DNA from: Podarcis muralis
Taxonomy: Eukaryota
Length of the DNA: 64,000 nt
Direction: 5' to 3'
Assembly: GCF_964188315.1 (NCBI RefSeq)
Contig: NC_135655.1
Location: 42,532,001-42,596,000 of the forward strand
Position 1 is the stretch's first letter. The number at the start of each line of letters is the position of its first letter. The notes beneath the pieces are model-generated. The model made no database searches and had not been told where the DNA came from. It was given only the letters and a program-made list of their open reading frames with translations. Below, piece after piece: positions 12,636-23,999 of the stretch. The translations under genes and the position numbers were made by a program.

Positions 12636-12648
12636 GGGTGAACTTTAA
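12636..12648 (+). CDS. Alternative terminal coding exon of the PIMT-like gene giving C-terminal ...WPRGEL*
   Basis: Donor CCTCG|GTAAAT at 11005/11006. Acceptor TCTCTCTTTCTTTAG|G GGT GAA CTT TAA at 12635/12636. Parallels the PCMT1 -RDEL splice isoform and gives 228 aa from MAW. AATAAA at 13131-13136. Confidence 0.75.
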
Positions 12649-13499
12649 AGATCTTAAATCACCTTTAAAGGATCTTTGGAAAACCTGTGAACTATGTTTG
12701 GAAAGAATAGGCATTCTTATGCTGTGGAGATAAATGCATAAGGCTCTGCTTCTTAAATGGACTTCTATAATACTATTAAAGATAACAACCCTTGTAATGT
12801 GAGGGAAGCTAGGATCAGTCCTTCCACTAGGCTAACAGATTCATTTTCTGTTAACTCCAAGAACTCTTGGAATTGGAAGGCAAACCAGAGTGATAGGTTA
12901 AAGACTGATAACTAGCATCAGTCCAGCTGTTTCATAGGATACCAAAAAAATCCTGCATGCAGAAGCAAAAGAAAAAGTTGAGGTGGGTGTTTGTGCACAA
13001 TATGCCTTTTTATTATGCAAGGAAGCAATGCTTATGTGGCCGTCTGCTGTTGGGAGAATAATTTAATTGGTCTTCTACTTCTGAAAAAGGACGTAACTGA
13101 AAATAGCCTGCAGTTGTAACATCTCAATCTAATAAACTAATGAACTTGGATCTTGCTTTTCTTCTTTGTTTTTACTATTACACTCATAATACAATTTGTC
13201 CTGCTGGATGAGGACTCCCCTCAACCATCTGGTTTCATCAGTAGCCACCCATCTGTTTAAAATCTCACATGTAAGTCAGGATACCTGTTTGTTCTTACCA
13301 TTTGGTATTTGAAGGTGTGCTGTCTTTACTCATGGAGGAGGGAATACTGCTACCCACCAAGCTAATACCATCGCCCTGCAGCTTGTACATATTGTCATCT
13401 GTAAGGTTGGATCTTCTTGCTATTTAATACTGGATAGCAGTGAGCAGCGTTTCGGCATCTTGTGCTGTGCCAGAAATGTATGACTCAATACAGAATGGG

Positions 13500-14870
13500 G
13501 TGTGTGTATTCTTTTTCTTTGGCAATCACTCAGCCCAGTAAGATTGTCTTCCATGAACATGGTCTTAACAGTGAGTCTGTAAATGACTTTGGAGACCAAT
13601 TCTGGATCCACAAGTCCTTCCAGTGTCGGACATAGGTTTCCAGGCGGGAGTTTATCATGGTGACGGTTTGCCAAACATGCCTTCCTCTTAGCACGTTTCT
13701 CCCTTTCATCCTGAGTTCAAGCTTCTTCAAAGTCCATGACACATTTGATAAAGGTTCTCCAATTGGAGCGCTCGCAGGCAAGTGTTTCCCAGTTGTCAGT
13801 GTTTATACTACATCTTTTTAGATTTGCCTTGAAAGAGTCTTTAAACCTCTCTTGTTGACTACGCTTTACGCTTTCCATTTTTAAATTTGCAATCGAGTAG
13901 TTGCTTTGGAAGATAATCAGGCATCTGCACAACAGGACCAGTCCAATGAAGTTGATGTGTAAAAATCATTGCTTTGATACTGGTGATCTTTGATTAAGAC
14001 ATTCTGGGAGATGATTTATAATGAAATGAAAAAGATATTTAAATATACTTTTTTGAAGAAACCAGAGGCCTTTCTCCTGGGCATGGTCGGCCAATTGGTG
14101 TTAAAGAAAGATAGAACTTTTTTTATGTATGCAACAACAACAGCAAGAATACTTATCGCGAAGTATTGGAAGACACAAGATTTACCCACACTGGAAGAAT
14201 GGCAGATGAAGTTGATGGACTACATGGAATTGGCGGAAATGACTGGCAGAATCCGAGACCAGGGAGAAGAATCGGTGGAAGAAGATTGGAAAAAGTTTAA
14301 AGACTACTTACAGAAATACTGTAAAATTAATGAATGTTAGAAAAATGTTGGAATGAAGTTATATGGCTTTAGTAGAAATGTTATAAGGAATCAGGTATAG
14401 ATAGATTAATAGGGTATTAAAGGGAAAAATAAGGTTAGAATGTGTTAAGATAATTATAGGATAGAAAACAGGAAGATGGAGAGGAATTGCTGAAACAATT
14501 AATAGAAGTGGAAGACAAAAAGGGAGGTGTGAGGAGGTCGTGGAAACAAGTGAATGAAAGATAAGATATTGAAATTGGATTGTGTTTTGAATGGTTTTTG
14601 TTTTGTTTTGTTAATTGTGTTAGTGTTGTATAGTGTTTTTTGCATGGTATTGTATTGTTGTATTGTTGTATTGTTTTTTGTTTGTTTGTTTTTGTTTTTT
14701 GTAGTGTTGTGTTTAAATTGTTGAAAATTAATAAATATATATATATATTTTAAAGATACTGGTGATCTTTGCTTCTTCCAGTACACTGGCATTAGTTCGC
14801 CTGTCTTCCCACGGGATGTATAAAAAAAATTGTAGTCCCCGGTGATTCTGATGGCGTTTATAAGTGGTCC
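13500..14870 (-). mobile_element. RTE-clade LINE 3' fragment, split by an L1 insertion
   Basis: Minus-strand translations IVLPTLLYTCETWT, WEDRRTNASVLEEAKITSI, RFKDSFKANLKRCSINTDNWETLACERSNWR, and a C-terminal finger GRTCGSRIGLQSHLQTHC. Confidence 0.85.
13993..14754 (+). mobile_element. 5'-truncated L1/Tx1-like LINE (ORF2 C-terminus plus 3' UTR)
   Basis: ORF 13990-14340 (ARILIAKYWKTQDLPTLEEWQMKLMDY...) followed by a T-rich 3' UTR and an AT-rich tail. Flanked by the 17-bp duplication GATACTGGTGATCTTTG (13976-13992 and 14755-14771). Confidence 0.85.
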
Positions 14871-15289
14871 ATGTTTCACAAGTGTACAATAAAGTTGGTA
14901 GTACAATAGTTTTGCAAACCAGCATTTTAGTTTCCCTGTGAATGTCCTGGTGTGGATGTGCAAAATAAAATGGAGCATAAAATTGTATGCAAGTATAGAT
15001 CTGAAATTGTTGTTTATGGTGAACACTTTTCTATTCTCTAAATTTCTATTTTTAACTTTTCTTTCTTCTTTTATTCTCTTTTTTCCCTTCTTTTTGAATA
15101 TTGCTTTACAGATGTATAAATAATTATGTTCATGTGTATATGTATGAAATTTGTTTCTTTATTTCTTTTCTTATTTGATATTCTTTTGTTTATTTTGTAT
15201 TTAATAAAATTTAATTTTTTTAAAAATGGAGCTAGCTGGCTATAATGTCCGCGTAAGCTTATCGGAGCCGTTTCCCCTGAAGGTTTGCA

Positions 15290-16080
15290 TATAAGCGAAC
15301 TTCTGGCAGACTGAGCAGTCGCTTGTCAGGTCTGTCTTGTCGCGCGACTTATCCGTCACCGAGAGCGAGCGAGCGAGGGCGCGCGATTGGTTTAAGTGGC
15401 GAGGCGTCAGCGGGCAGCGCCGAGGAGCCGTGTCGCCGCGACGCGCGGATCATGCGGCTGACACTGCTGCACTCGGAGCGGTACTCGCGGTCGCTCTTAG
15501 CCGAGCCGGGCGTCCGGCGCGGGTTGGCAGCCGCCGCGGCCTCGCTCTTGCCCGGCCGAAGCATGGAGGAGAGCCAGGCGGGCGGCGAGCAGGGGAGCTC
15601 CCCTCCGCCCGTGAAGAGGCTCCGGCTGTGGACCGGGAAGGGGAAGGCGAAAGGGAAGCGGCCCGGGCCGGCCGAGGAAGGCGAGAAGCGCTACGTGCCG
15701 CCTCCCAAGAAGCGCAACCCCGGCGTCAGCTTCGGCCAGAGCCACTTCGCCGAGACCAGCTACTACTTCGAGGGCGGCCTCCGCAAAGTGCGGCCCTACT
15801 ACTTCGACTTCCAGACCTACTGCAAGGGCCGCTGGGTGGGCGAGAGCCTCCTGCACGTCTTCGGCACCGAGTTCCGCGCCCAGCCCCTCGAGTACTACCG
15901 GGCCGCGGCCCAAGCGGGCCGCCTCCGGCTCAACGAGCAGCCCGTGCGGGACCTGGGCGTCATCCTCAAGGTGAGGCCGGGACGGAGGGAGGATGTGGCG
16001 CCGGGGTCCGAGTGGCGGGCGATTCGGGAAAACGACGGAGCGACCCTCCTGCTTGGCAGTTCGCAGGCGTGGAGATGGCA
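15290..16080. promoter_or_regulatory. CpG island over the RPUSD2 promoter and exon 1
   Basis: Very high GC and CpG density. CCAAT (ATTGG) at about 15386. Confidence 0.75.
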
Positions 16081-19000
16081 TGTTCGTATCCCCCCAAAAC
16101 AGGCGATGGGGAAGTGGGGAACCACCCACAGGAAAGTAGTATAGGTGGATCAGTTACCTTGCTTTCTGTTTTGGAGTTGACATGTACACCTAAGTGGTAA
16201 TAATAATTTTATTATTTATATCCTGCCCACCTGGCTGGGTTTCCCCATCCAGGAACAGTTTTGCCTCCTTCCCTGTCGAACAAGTTGCAGAAACCTACAT
16301 ACATGGTTGATGCCCGGAGGGAGGGGAGTTATAAATAGTATGGTCAGGAGGAAATGGCATGCAAGTAGACAGTGAAACTTTCCTGTTTAAAGTGATGAAA
16401 ACATATCTGTGAATTGTCACTGTTAATAAGCTAATTACCACTCTCTGTACTTACCTCCTTATCATTTCCATCTGATCTCACTATATTCAATTCTCTCCCC
16501 CCAAACACACACACTTCAAAGTCATGAATATATTTGCCTGCAAGTCTGGACCATCATTTCCTGCATCTGACAAAGTGGACTGTAGCCTACATGCAAAAGT
16601 TTATACCATAATAAATGTTACAGATAGGTAGCCGTGTTTGTCTGCCATAGTCAAAACAAAAAGAATTCCTTCCAGTAGCACCTTAAAGACCAACTAAGTT
16701 AGTTCTTGGTATGAAGTGTGCATGCACACGAAAGCTCATACCAAGAACTAACTTAGTTGGTCTTTAAGGTGCTACTAGAAGGAATTTTTTTTGTTTTTTC
16801 ATAATAAATGTGTTAGTCTGTAAGGTGCCCTAAGACTCTTCATTGTTTTTGCTAATATTCTTACTATTTCATGGGAGCATGTCATTATGTACATTAATGG
16901 CAGAAAGCATTTTTGTTTTAGTTTGTAAAGATGTAAATTAGAATTCACTTTGCTCCCTGTTGTTGTTGGAACAAGACATCACAGAAATTGACATAATATG
17001 AAGGCCTTTACCTGACATAGGATAATGTATTTTCGATACAACAAAATATTTTCAATGTTTTAGTTAGGATGCAAGCCTAACCATCTCTACTAAGAAGTAA
17101 ATCATATTGCATTCATAGTGGCCTATTCCCAGGAAGTGAGGCTAGGATTGCAGTCTTAGCTAAGTGCTAGAGTTTTATATATAAATTACACTGCTATATA
17201 TAATGTTACCCACCTTGTGCATCCTTGGGGGATATATAACCAGTAGATAATAATATTCCCTTTTATTATTTTTCACATTTTTATTTATTTTTTAGTAAAT
17301 GGAGCTAATAACCATAATTCTTCACAAACAGGCTATTCTAGGAAGTTTCCTGCTCCTGCTAACGTACAGTAATTGTTTTGCTTTCAGAATAATGACTTCA
17401 TCCGGAACACCGTACACCGCCATGAACCTCCAGTCACAGCACAGGCTATTGAGTTCCTGGAAGAAAATGATGAGGTTGTGGTTGTAGACAAACCTTCATC
17501 CTTGCCTGTCCATCCATGTGGCAGATTTCGGCACAACACTGTCATTTTTATTTTGGGTAAAGAGCACAACCTGAAGGAGTTGCACACTATTCATCGGTTG
17601 GATCGCCTGACGTCAGGCGTCCTCATGTTCGCAAAGTCTGCAGAAGTGTCCAAGAGGATCGATGAGCAAGTGCGACAGCGACAGGTGAAGCCCCGAAGGT
17701 TTTTGTTCACATTTATAACCCACCCTTCCTCCAAATAACTCAGGGAGACATACAAAGGTGGAGTTATACTCTCCTGTTGTCCTCACAGCAACCCTGTAAA
17801 GTAGGCTAGAGTGACACCCATAGAGTTCATGCAGCGTTTGAAATTCACCAGGCGCATTTTGCACCTGGCTATCGGCCACTTGCAACCAAATGAAGATGCC
17901 CGGGTGCCAGGATGGCACCTGATGTCTTTCCTCCATCTGGAGGTGCATGCCTGGGGATCCTTGGATTTTGACTGTTTTCACACACTAGCAACACATCCTG
18001 TAGAATTCTATCTGTTATATTTTATCAGCACAATCAGAATGAATTTCAGGAACCCAAAAGTTATATTGACTTTCAAGCCATCTGGCCTCAAAATGACAAC
18101 TAGGCATTCTATTTGGCAGCTGTAGCCCTGGTTTAAGGAGTCATTTGGCACCTAGCTTATATATTTGAGTTCCTAACACTGGCTTCATGGTAGAAGCAGG
18201 GATTCAGACAGGCCCAACACTCCAACCACTATGACATATTATTGTTGTCTATAAAAAAATTCACAGTGAAATGAAGGGATTTGGTGGACATTACCCTTGC
18301 ATAAAGCACTCAGATAGGCATAGGTACTGGTTCAGACCCTTGCCAGATACCATGCAGTGGTCTTTGTGGGGCTTCTGCATTCTAGAACTTAAACAGATTC
18401 TTATTTTTGTTTCCTCCACCCCACTTCCCCATACCCCCCAATAGCTGGAGAAGGAGTATGTGTGCCGTGTACTTGGAGAATTCCCAGAAAATGAGGTGAC
18501 GTGCGAAGAACCCATCCTGGTTGTCTCTTACAAAGTCGGGGTGTGTCGAGTGGACCCCAAGGGTAAAGTCTGTAAAACGGTCTTCCGGAGGCTCAGCTAC
18601 AATGGCAAGACTAGTGTGGTGAAGTGTTTTCCTTACACTGGCCGCACCCATCAGATCCGTGTCCATCTCCAGTTTTTGGGACACCCTATTGTTAATGACC
18701 CCATCTACAACACCGATGCCTGGGGTCCCAAAAAGGGCAAAGGTGGCCATATTAATAAGACGGATGATGAGCTGCTTCGGGCTTTGGTGGAGGAGCATCT
18801 TTCAAAACAGAGCTTGGGTATCCTGGACGTTGCTGAGGAAGATTTGAAACCCATTGTAGGAGACAGAGTGCAGGAGGCTGTGTTGGACACCGCTGTAAAT
18901 GTCAGTTCTCGCACTTGTGAGGAATCTGCAGGTGGAGAAAAGAGCAGGATATCGGCATGTTCTCGGAATTCTGTTCCTCAGGCAGAGCTGCACAAGACGG

Positions 19001-19194
19001 AAAGTGGAGAAACTTGCTCAAATGAGTCCTGGGACGAAAAGGACCCTCTCTGTGGAGAATGCAAGATAGTGAGGCCGGACCCATCACCCAAAGATCTAGT
19101 GATGTATCTCCATGCTTTGCGCTACAAGGGAGCAGACTTTGAATATTGCTCTAAGATGCCAGCCTGGGCACATGATGACTGGGAAGAGACCTGA
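15452..19194 (+). CDS. RPUSD2: RNA pseudouridine synthase domain-containing protein 2 (RluA family)
   Basis: Exons 15452-15970, 17388-17684, 18445-19194, giving 521 aa. Motifs: YFEGGLRKVRPYYFDF, VVVDKPSSLPVHPCGRF, catalytic HRLDRLTSG, PYTGRTHQIRVHLQFLGHPIVNDPIY, MYLHA. Confidence 0.95.
16561..16850. mobile_element. Nested Penelope-like element remnants forming a long palindrome
   Basis: GTAGCCGTGTT.GTCTG and GCTCATACCAAG..TTAGTTGGTCTTTAAGGTGC termini. 51-bp inverted arms at 16664-16714 and 16736-16786. 12-bp duplication at 16607-16618 and 16800-16811. Confidence 0.6.
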
Positions 19195-21680
19195 GACTTT
19201 TAAAATACTCTGTAAAGACTGTGTGTTAGTAAGAAATGGAAACTTGCATTCACATTTTACATATTTAGATGCACACTGAATTGGTCAGTTCATATGTAAT
19301 AATCCTGGCTTAGTAGATGATTTATTAAGCTGGGAACAAGGGTCAGACCTGCATGCTCCCTGTTCCCTTGTGGTTTCTTTAAACCAGTTTCCCATTACAT
19401 CTGAATTAGGGAACTGTGGGTTTACTACCCAGGACCTGAAATCATGGTTAGTAAACCAACCTTGAACACGTTTTCTGCTTCAGCTATAACAGGCAACTGT
19501 AAGAAACCATGCTGAAAGTGCCAAACAGTATTGGAAGAGGAGAGAACAGTCCCACTTAAAAAAGAAAAGAAAAAGCTGTGTCCATGTTGATCCATTCTGT
19601 CCTAAGTATACGGGGGCTGGAATGTGTGAAGATGCTTTTAAATAGGCTTCTTTTTTAAGATCTCTTCTCTGTGGCCAGTGACTTCATTGCTAATCCTGGT
19701 TCCCTTTCCATGAATGGGCCAATGGGTTTGAATGAGAGTACACTGCAGTGCTTGAAGCAACTGCCTTTATATCAAGAGGTGGGTAACGACTAGACACTGG
19801 GCCAAATATGACCCATAGTGTATTCAGTCCATGGCTGCCTCTGCCACATTTCCATGTTCTCCTTGCCCAGCACAGAAGCCAAACAGGTTGTCTAAGGAGG
19901 AATAGCTCAGAGTGTCTATCTCTCTGTGTGTAGTCAGTTGGGCTGTGTAGTGCTTAGGTTTGCATCAGCAACTAGCACTTCAGCTTTCTTGCAGACACAG
20001 CTGGACCTTATAATTGCTGAAACCTTATCAAGCATCATTAGGTCTGTGAAAAGCTGCAGAGAGAGTGCTTTGAAGCAGCAGCTTGGTTTGGGGTTTGTAA
20101 ATGGATGCGGGTGAGGGGTGTGTGTGAATGGGGTGAATTGAGCAACAGTAGCCCCTGGCATACAGCTCTGTAAATGTTGCCCCTGATGTAATGCATCCTT
20201 CTGCAGAAAAAAAAGGTTCAGCTCTGTTTTATAAGAAGGAATGTGATGACTTTCAGATGGTTGCAACTACTAATCAAATGTACATCTGTGTAGGGTTGAA
20301 GCAGGGTGTTTATATGAGAACAGTTTATTATATTCCTGTCTACGAAACTTTTGAGCCTTCTTCCCCTTGGGCTTGAGAAACAATGGAAATGTCTTCATTG
20401 CGTGGGAGGTGGGAATGCTTTGCCTTGTCTAGGACCAAGTGTTCCCCTCCCTCTCTGAGAATAGAGGGCTTTTACTTGCATTTTTCTAAACACTGTCTGG
20501 TTCTTGCTCATGAACTGCAGTCATGATTATCTACGTAAGACAGTAGTACTATCTAAGACAGTAGTACTATATTTTAATATCTAGGGGCCCTATTTTAAGT
20601 TTTCGGAGCAACCAATATGACAAAAATAAAGGAGGCTCCTATCTAGGTGGCTTCTTGTAGAGATTACAAGAAAATAGTTTTACTATTGAACTCCATGTGT
20701 ACAGTCTCAGCTTCCAGTCCACTCACAACTCTGCCCACCCATCCCCTTCCCTTTGGTGATCCTGTCATCAGTTTTTCTAGCTTACTGCTGGGTTGAGCAG
20801 GAGTTTTGCACCTGCTATGTTACACCTCTAAGGTCCAGGTGTCAGCCCTGTTACCATCCTGCGGGGTCTGGAATGTGAAACACTATAAATAGTAAAGATG
20901 TTATAATTTGGAGTTCACTGGGAGTGCTTTTTTTTTAAAAAAAAGTTTGAAATTGCTATTACTGCAGAGCAACTCATTTAAATATTGATGAGCCCAACCC
21001 TGTACTTAAGGCAGCCACTATATATTGTAATAAACCACATTTTATTTGCCCATGGTAAGCTTTAAAATTGATTTATTCAAGCATGCAGTGGACTTGCACC
21101 ATTGAGGTAAGTACAGATTGTAAGGTCTGGCTGTCACAGTTTGGCAGTTTTTTCCATGATGCATGTTTCTATACTCCATGCTCAGTTTTACTGTGGCTGT
21201 CTTCCATTCAGCTAATCTGTTCCTTAATGGTTCTGTGTTAACCATTCCAATAAATTAACTGTACAAGGAGGCTCATTAAACAGTTACAAAGATAGTTAAC
21301 CTGAGGAACAGAATTGCCTTGAGGGAGCCCTTCGCCACCTACTTCATTGCTTGAAAAAATCTCTGTAATGAATAGAGCTCATTCTGGTCTCTTCAAAGCA
21401 TTCATCTGTGGTTTTAAAATCAGGAGGAAGCGAACCATTTCTAATAAAATACACACATTAAACTTCTCTTTGTAATTTTTGGGACAAGGTCAGTATGCTT
21501 GAAAGTGCCTGCATTATAGCCTCTGCCTATGCTTGTTGAATTTGGATTTTCTCACCTGAAGAAACAGCACTGTCCAGAGGTGCCAACTTGAAAAAAATAT
21601 TTTGGGGGAGCAGGTAAGTCACATAATCACAAGATGCAGCAGACACACCATTTGAATGGCAATGCCCATCAAGTTGGGGG

Positions 21681-22040
21681 TAAAGGTAAAGGTGCCCCTG
21701 CCCGTACGGGCCAGTCTTGACAGACTCTAGGGTTGTGCGCCCATCTCACTTAAGAGGCCGGGGGCCAGCGCTGTCCGGAGACACTTCCAGGTCACGTGGC
21801 CAGCGTGATAAAGCTGCATCTGGCGAGCCAGCGCAGCACACGGAAATACCGTTTACCTTCCTGCCAGTAAGCGGTTCCTATTTATCTACTTGCACCCGGG
21901 GGTGCTTTCGAACTGCTAGGTTGGCAGGCGCTGGGACTGAGCAACGGGAGCGCACCCCGCCACGGGGATTCGAACCCCCGACCTTTTGATTGGCAAGCCC
22001 TAGGCGCTGAGGCTTTTACCCACAGCGCCACCCGCGTCCC
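21681..22040 (-). mobile_element. Sauria SINE
   Basis: Full-length head and tail. Target duplication AAGTTGGGGG at 21671-21680 and 22044-22053. Confidence 0.9.
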
Positions 22041-22629
22041 TTTAAGTTGGGGGTGGGACCCCTCAAATATTTATTTGGGGGACTGAAGAGACCTAGGAGT
22101 TGAGTCCTATGGTACTGTCAAAGGTCACATAGAGGCTATATTGTTAGGGAGGGTTTTTCTTATTTAAAACCTTTATTTTGCCTTAAAAAAGGAAAAGGCT
22201 CAGCGGGTAACAGAATTTAGCAATTTAATAGACCTGTTATTGCAGAAATATTCCAACACTTTTTAAAAAGCACTAGTTCACCCACACCAGCAATTTGGCA
22301 AATTAAAATAAATACAGTAAAACCACAGACCACAATGTGGAAATCTTAAAAGCAGGAAAGTTTAGATTAATTTCTGGAAGACCATTAACAAACGAGGTTG
22401 AATTGTGCCTGCCTTAGGAGGGAGTTCAAGGATCTAGACACAGTCCCCAAACCCTAGTTTAAGAGTGAAAGCAAACACAGTGATGTGAACATGATGACAA
22501 ACGCTGCTGAAGAAAAATGAGCACAAATTTCTACAATAGGAAATCTTTCCTCAGCAGGAGGATTTGGCCCAAGGTGATTGCATGCTTAAGTATAGACTTC
22601 CTTCAGATTGTTTTATGTTTTATTGATTT

Positions 22630-22960
22630 GGTGGCACTGTGGGTAAAAGCCTCAGCGCCTAGGGCTTGCCGATCGAAAGGTTGGTGGTTCGAATCCCCGT
22701 GGCGGGGTGCGCTCCCGTTGCTCGGTCCCGCACCTTCGAGTGCAAGTAGATAAATAGGGACCGCTTACTAGCGGGAAGGTAAACGGCGTTTCCGTGTGCG
22801 GCTCTGGCTCGCCAGTGCAGCGATGTCACGCTGGCCACGTGACCCGGAAGTGTCTCTGGACAGCGCTGGCCCCCGGCCTCTTGAGTGAGATGGGCGCACA
22901 ACCCTAGAGTCTGTCAAGACTGGCCCGTACGGGCAGGGGTACCTTTACCTTTTACCTTTA
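22630..22960 (+). mobile_element. Sauria SINE (same subfamily as 21681-22040, opposite strand)
   Basis: GTGGCACTGTGGGTAAAAGCC head, diagnostic CCCGTACGGGC, and CCTTTA tail. Confidence 0.9.
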
Positions 22961-23875
22961 CTGTAAACCGCTTTGAAATTTATCTTAAAAATATAAAGCA
23001 GTATGGAAATTTAAAAAACAAATAAATGAAAATATTTAAATAAAAAGCAGCAGTTGCTATCTTTTCTCTGCAAAGGGTAGTTAGCCTGTTGCAACAAACA
23101 GCTAAGAGATTTGTGCCACCTAAATACTTAAGGCTGACTTATTCAACGCTGGTCATATGCAGCGCAGATCTATTGAAATCAGTTGGCAAATAATGTGGAC
23201 CCTTAAGTTCAATATGGGAATAACATTGAATGTCACCTTGTCTCCTTTGGGGGGGGGGTGAGCTCTTTTAGGGGGCTAGAATGAAGTTCATTCAGCACAG
23301 TTGTCATCCTGACTTTTACGATTTCGGGGTAAAGCTTCTTAGGAAGAGAGAAAATTGCCTTCCTTCACATTCAGAAGTTCCGGGGAAAGCAGTGGCCATC
23401 CTCCCAAGCACAGTGCAATGATAATGATCATAATTGTATTACTATTGTTTCTTCCACCCCACCCCCCACCCCATTTTTTAAAATTGATTTTCACAAAATT
23501 AAAAACACACTAACAAATAAACAGACAAACATAAATCATAACCTTCTTAAAACTAATTATCTTAACATTGTTAAGTGACTTCCTCGTATCCCCCTAGTTG
23601 AATTTCAATGCATATCATTTTAACGGTTTTCCAAATGTATTACTATTGTTTCTATTGCACGGCGGCGGTGAAAGGGTTTTGCATTTTGCTTCTCGACTGA
23701 AGTTTCCCCACCCCAAATAAGTAAACCTCACTAGTGGATGAATAAGTCGGGATTCAGATTCTCACCCCCGACACACTTGGCTTTGCATTACTGCGTGTCC
23801 AGCACATATTAAAGAATTTGCCCGCTTAGTAAATAAAGATCAGAAGCAGCCACGCCGAATTGTTTTACATTAAAC

Positions 23876-23881
23876 AAAAAA
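23876..23881 (-). terminator. Pol III oligo-T terminator of tRNA-Ser
   Basis: T6 on the minus strand, 4 nt after the tRNA 3' end. Confidence 0.85.
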
Positions 23882-23885
23882 CTTC

Positions 23886-23967
23886 CGACGAGGATGGGAT
23901 TCGAACCCACGCGTGCAGAGCACAATGGATTAGCAGTCCATCGCCTTAACCACTCGGCCACCTCGTC
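23886..23967 (-). tRNA. tRNA-Ser (anticodon GCT)
   Basis: The reverse complement is GACGAGGTGGCCGAGTGGTTAAGGCGATGGACTGCTAATCCATTGTGCTCTGCACGCGTGGGTTCGAATCCCATCCTCGTCG. 82 nt, pairing acceptor stem, A and B boxes, long variable arm. Confidence 0.97.
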
Positions 23968-23999
23968 ACAGAAACCCTCACTCTCTCCAAGCCTATAAG

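Noticed and set aside
15337-16200. 287-aa alternative-frame ORF over RPUSD2 exon 1
   Set aside because: Shadow frame of GC3-rich coding sequence, running through the splice donor with no homology.
17685-17738. Weak donor GTGAAG and read-through ORF after RPUSD2 exon 2
   Set aside because: The exon size (297) and frame join correctly to exon 3. There is no evidence for functional intron retention.
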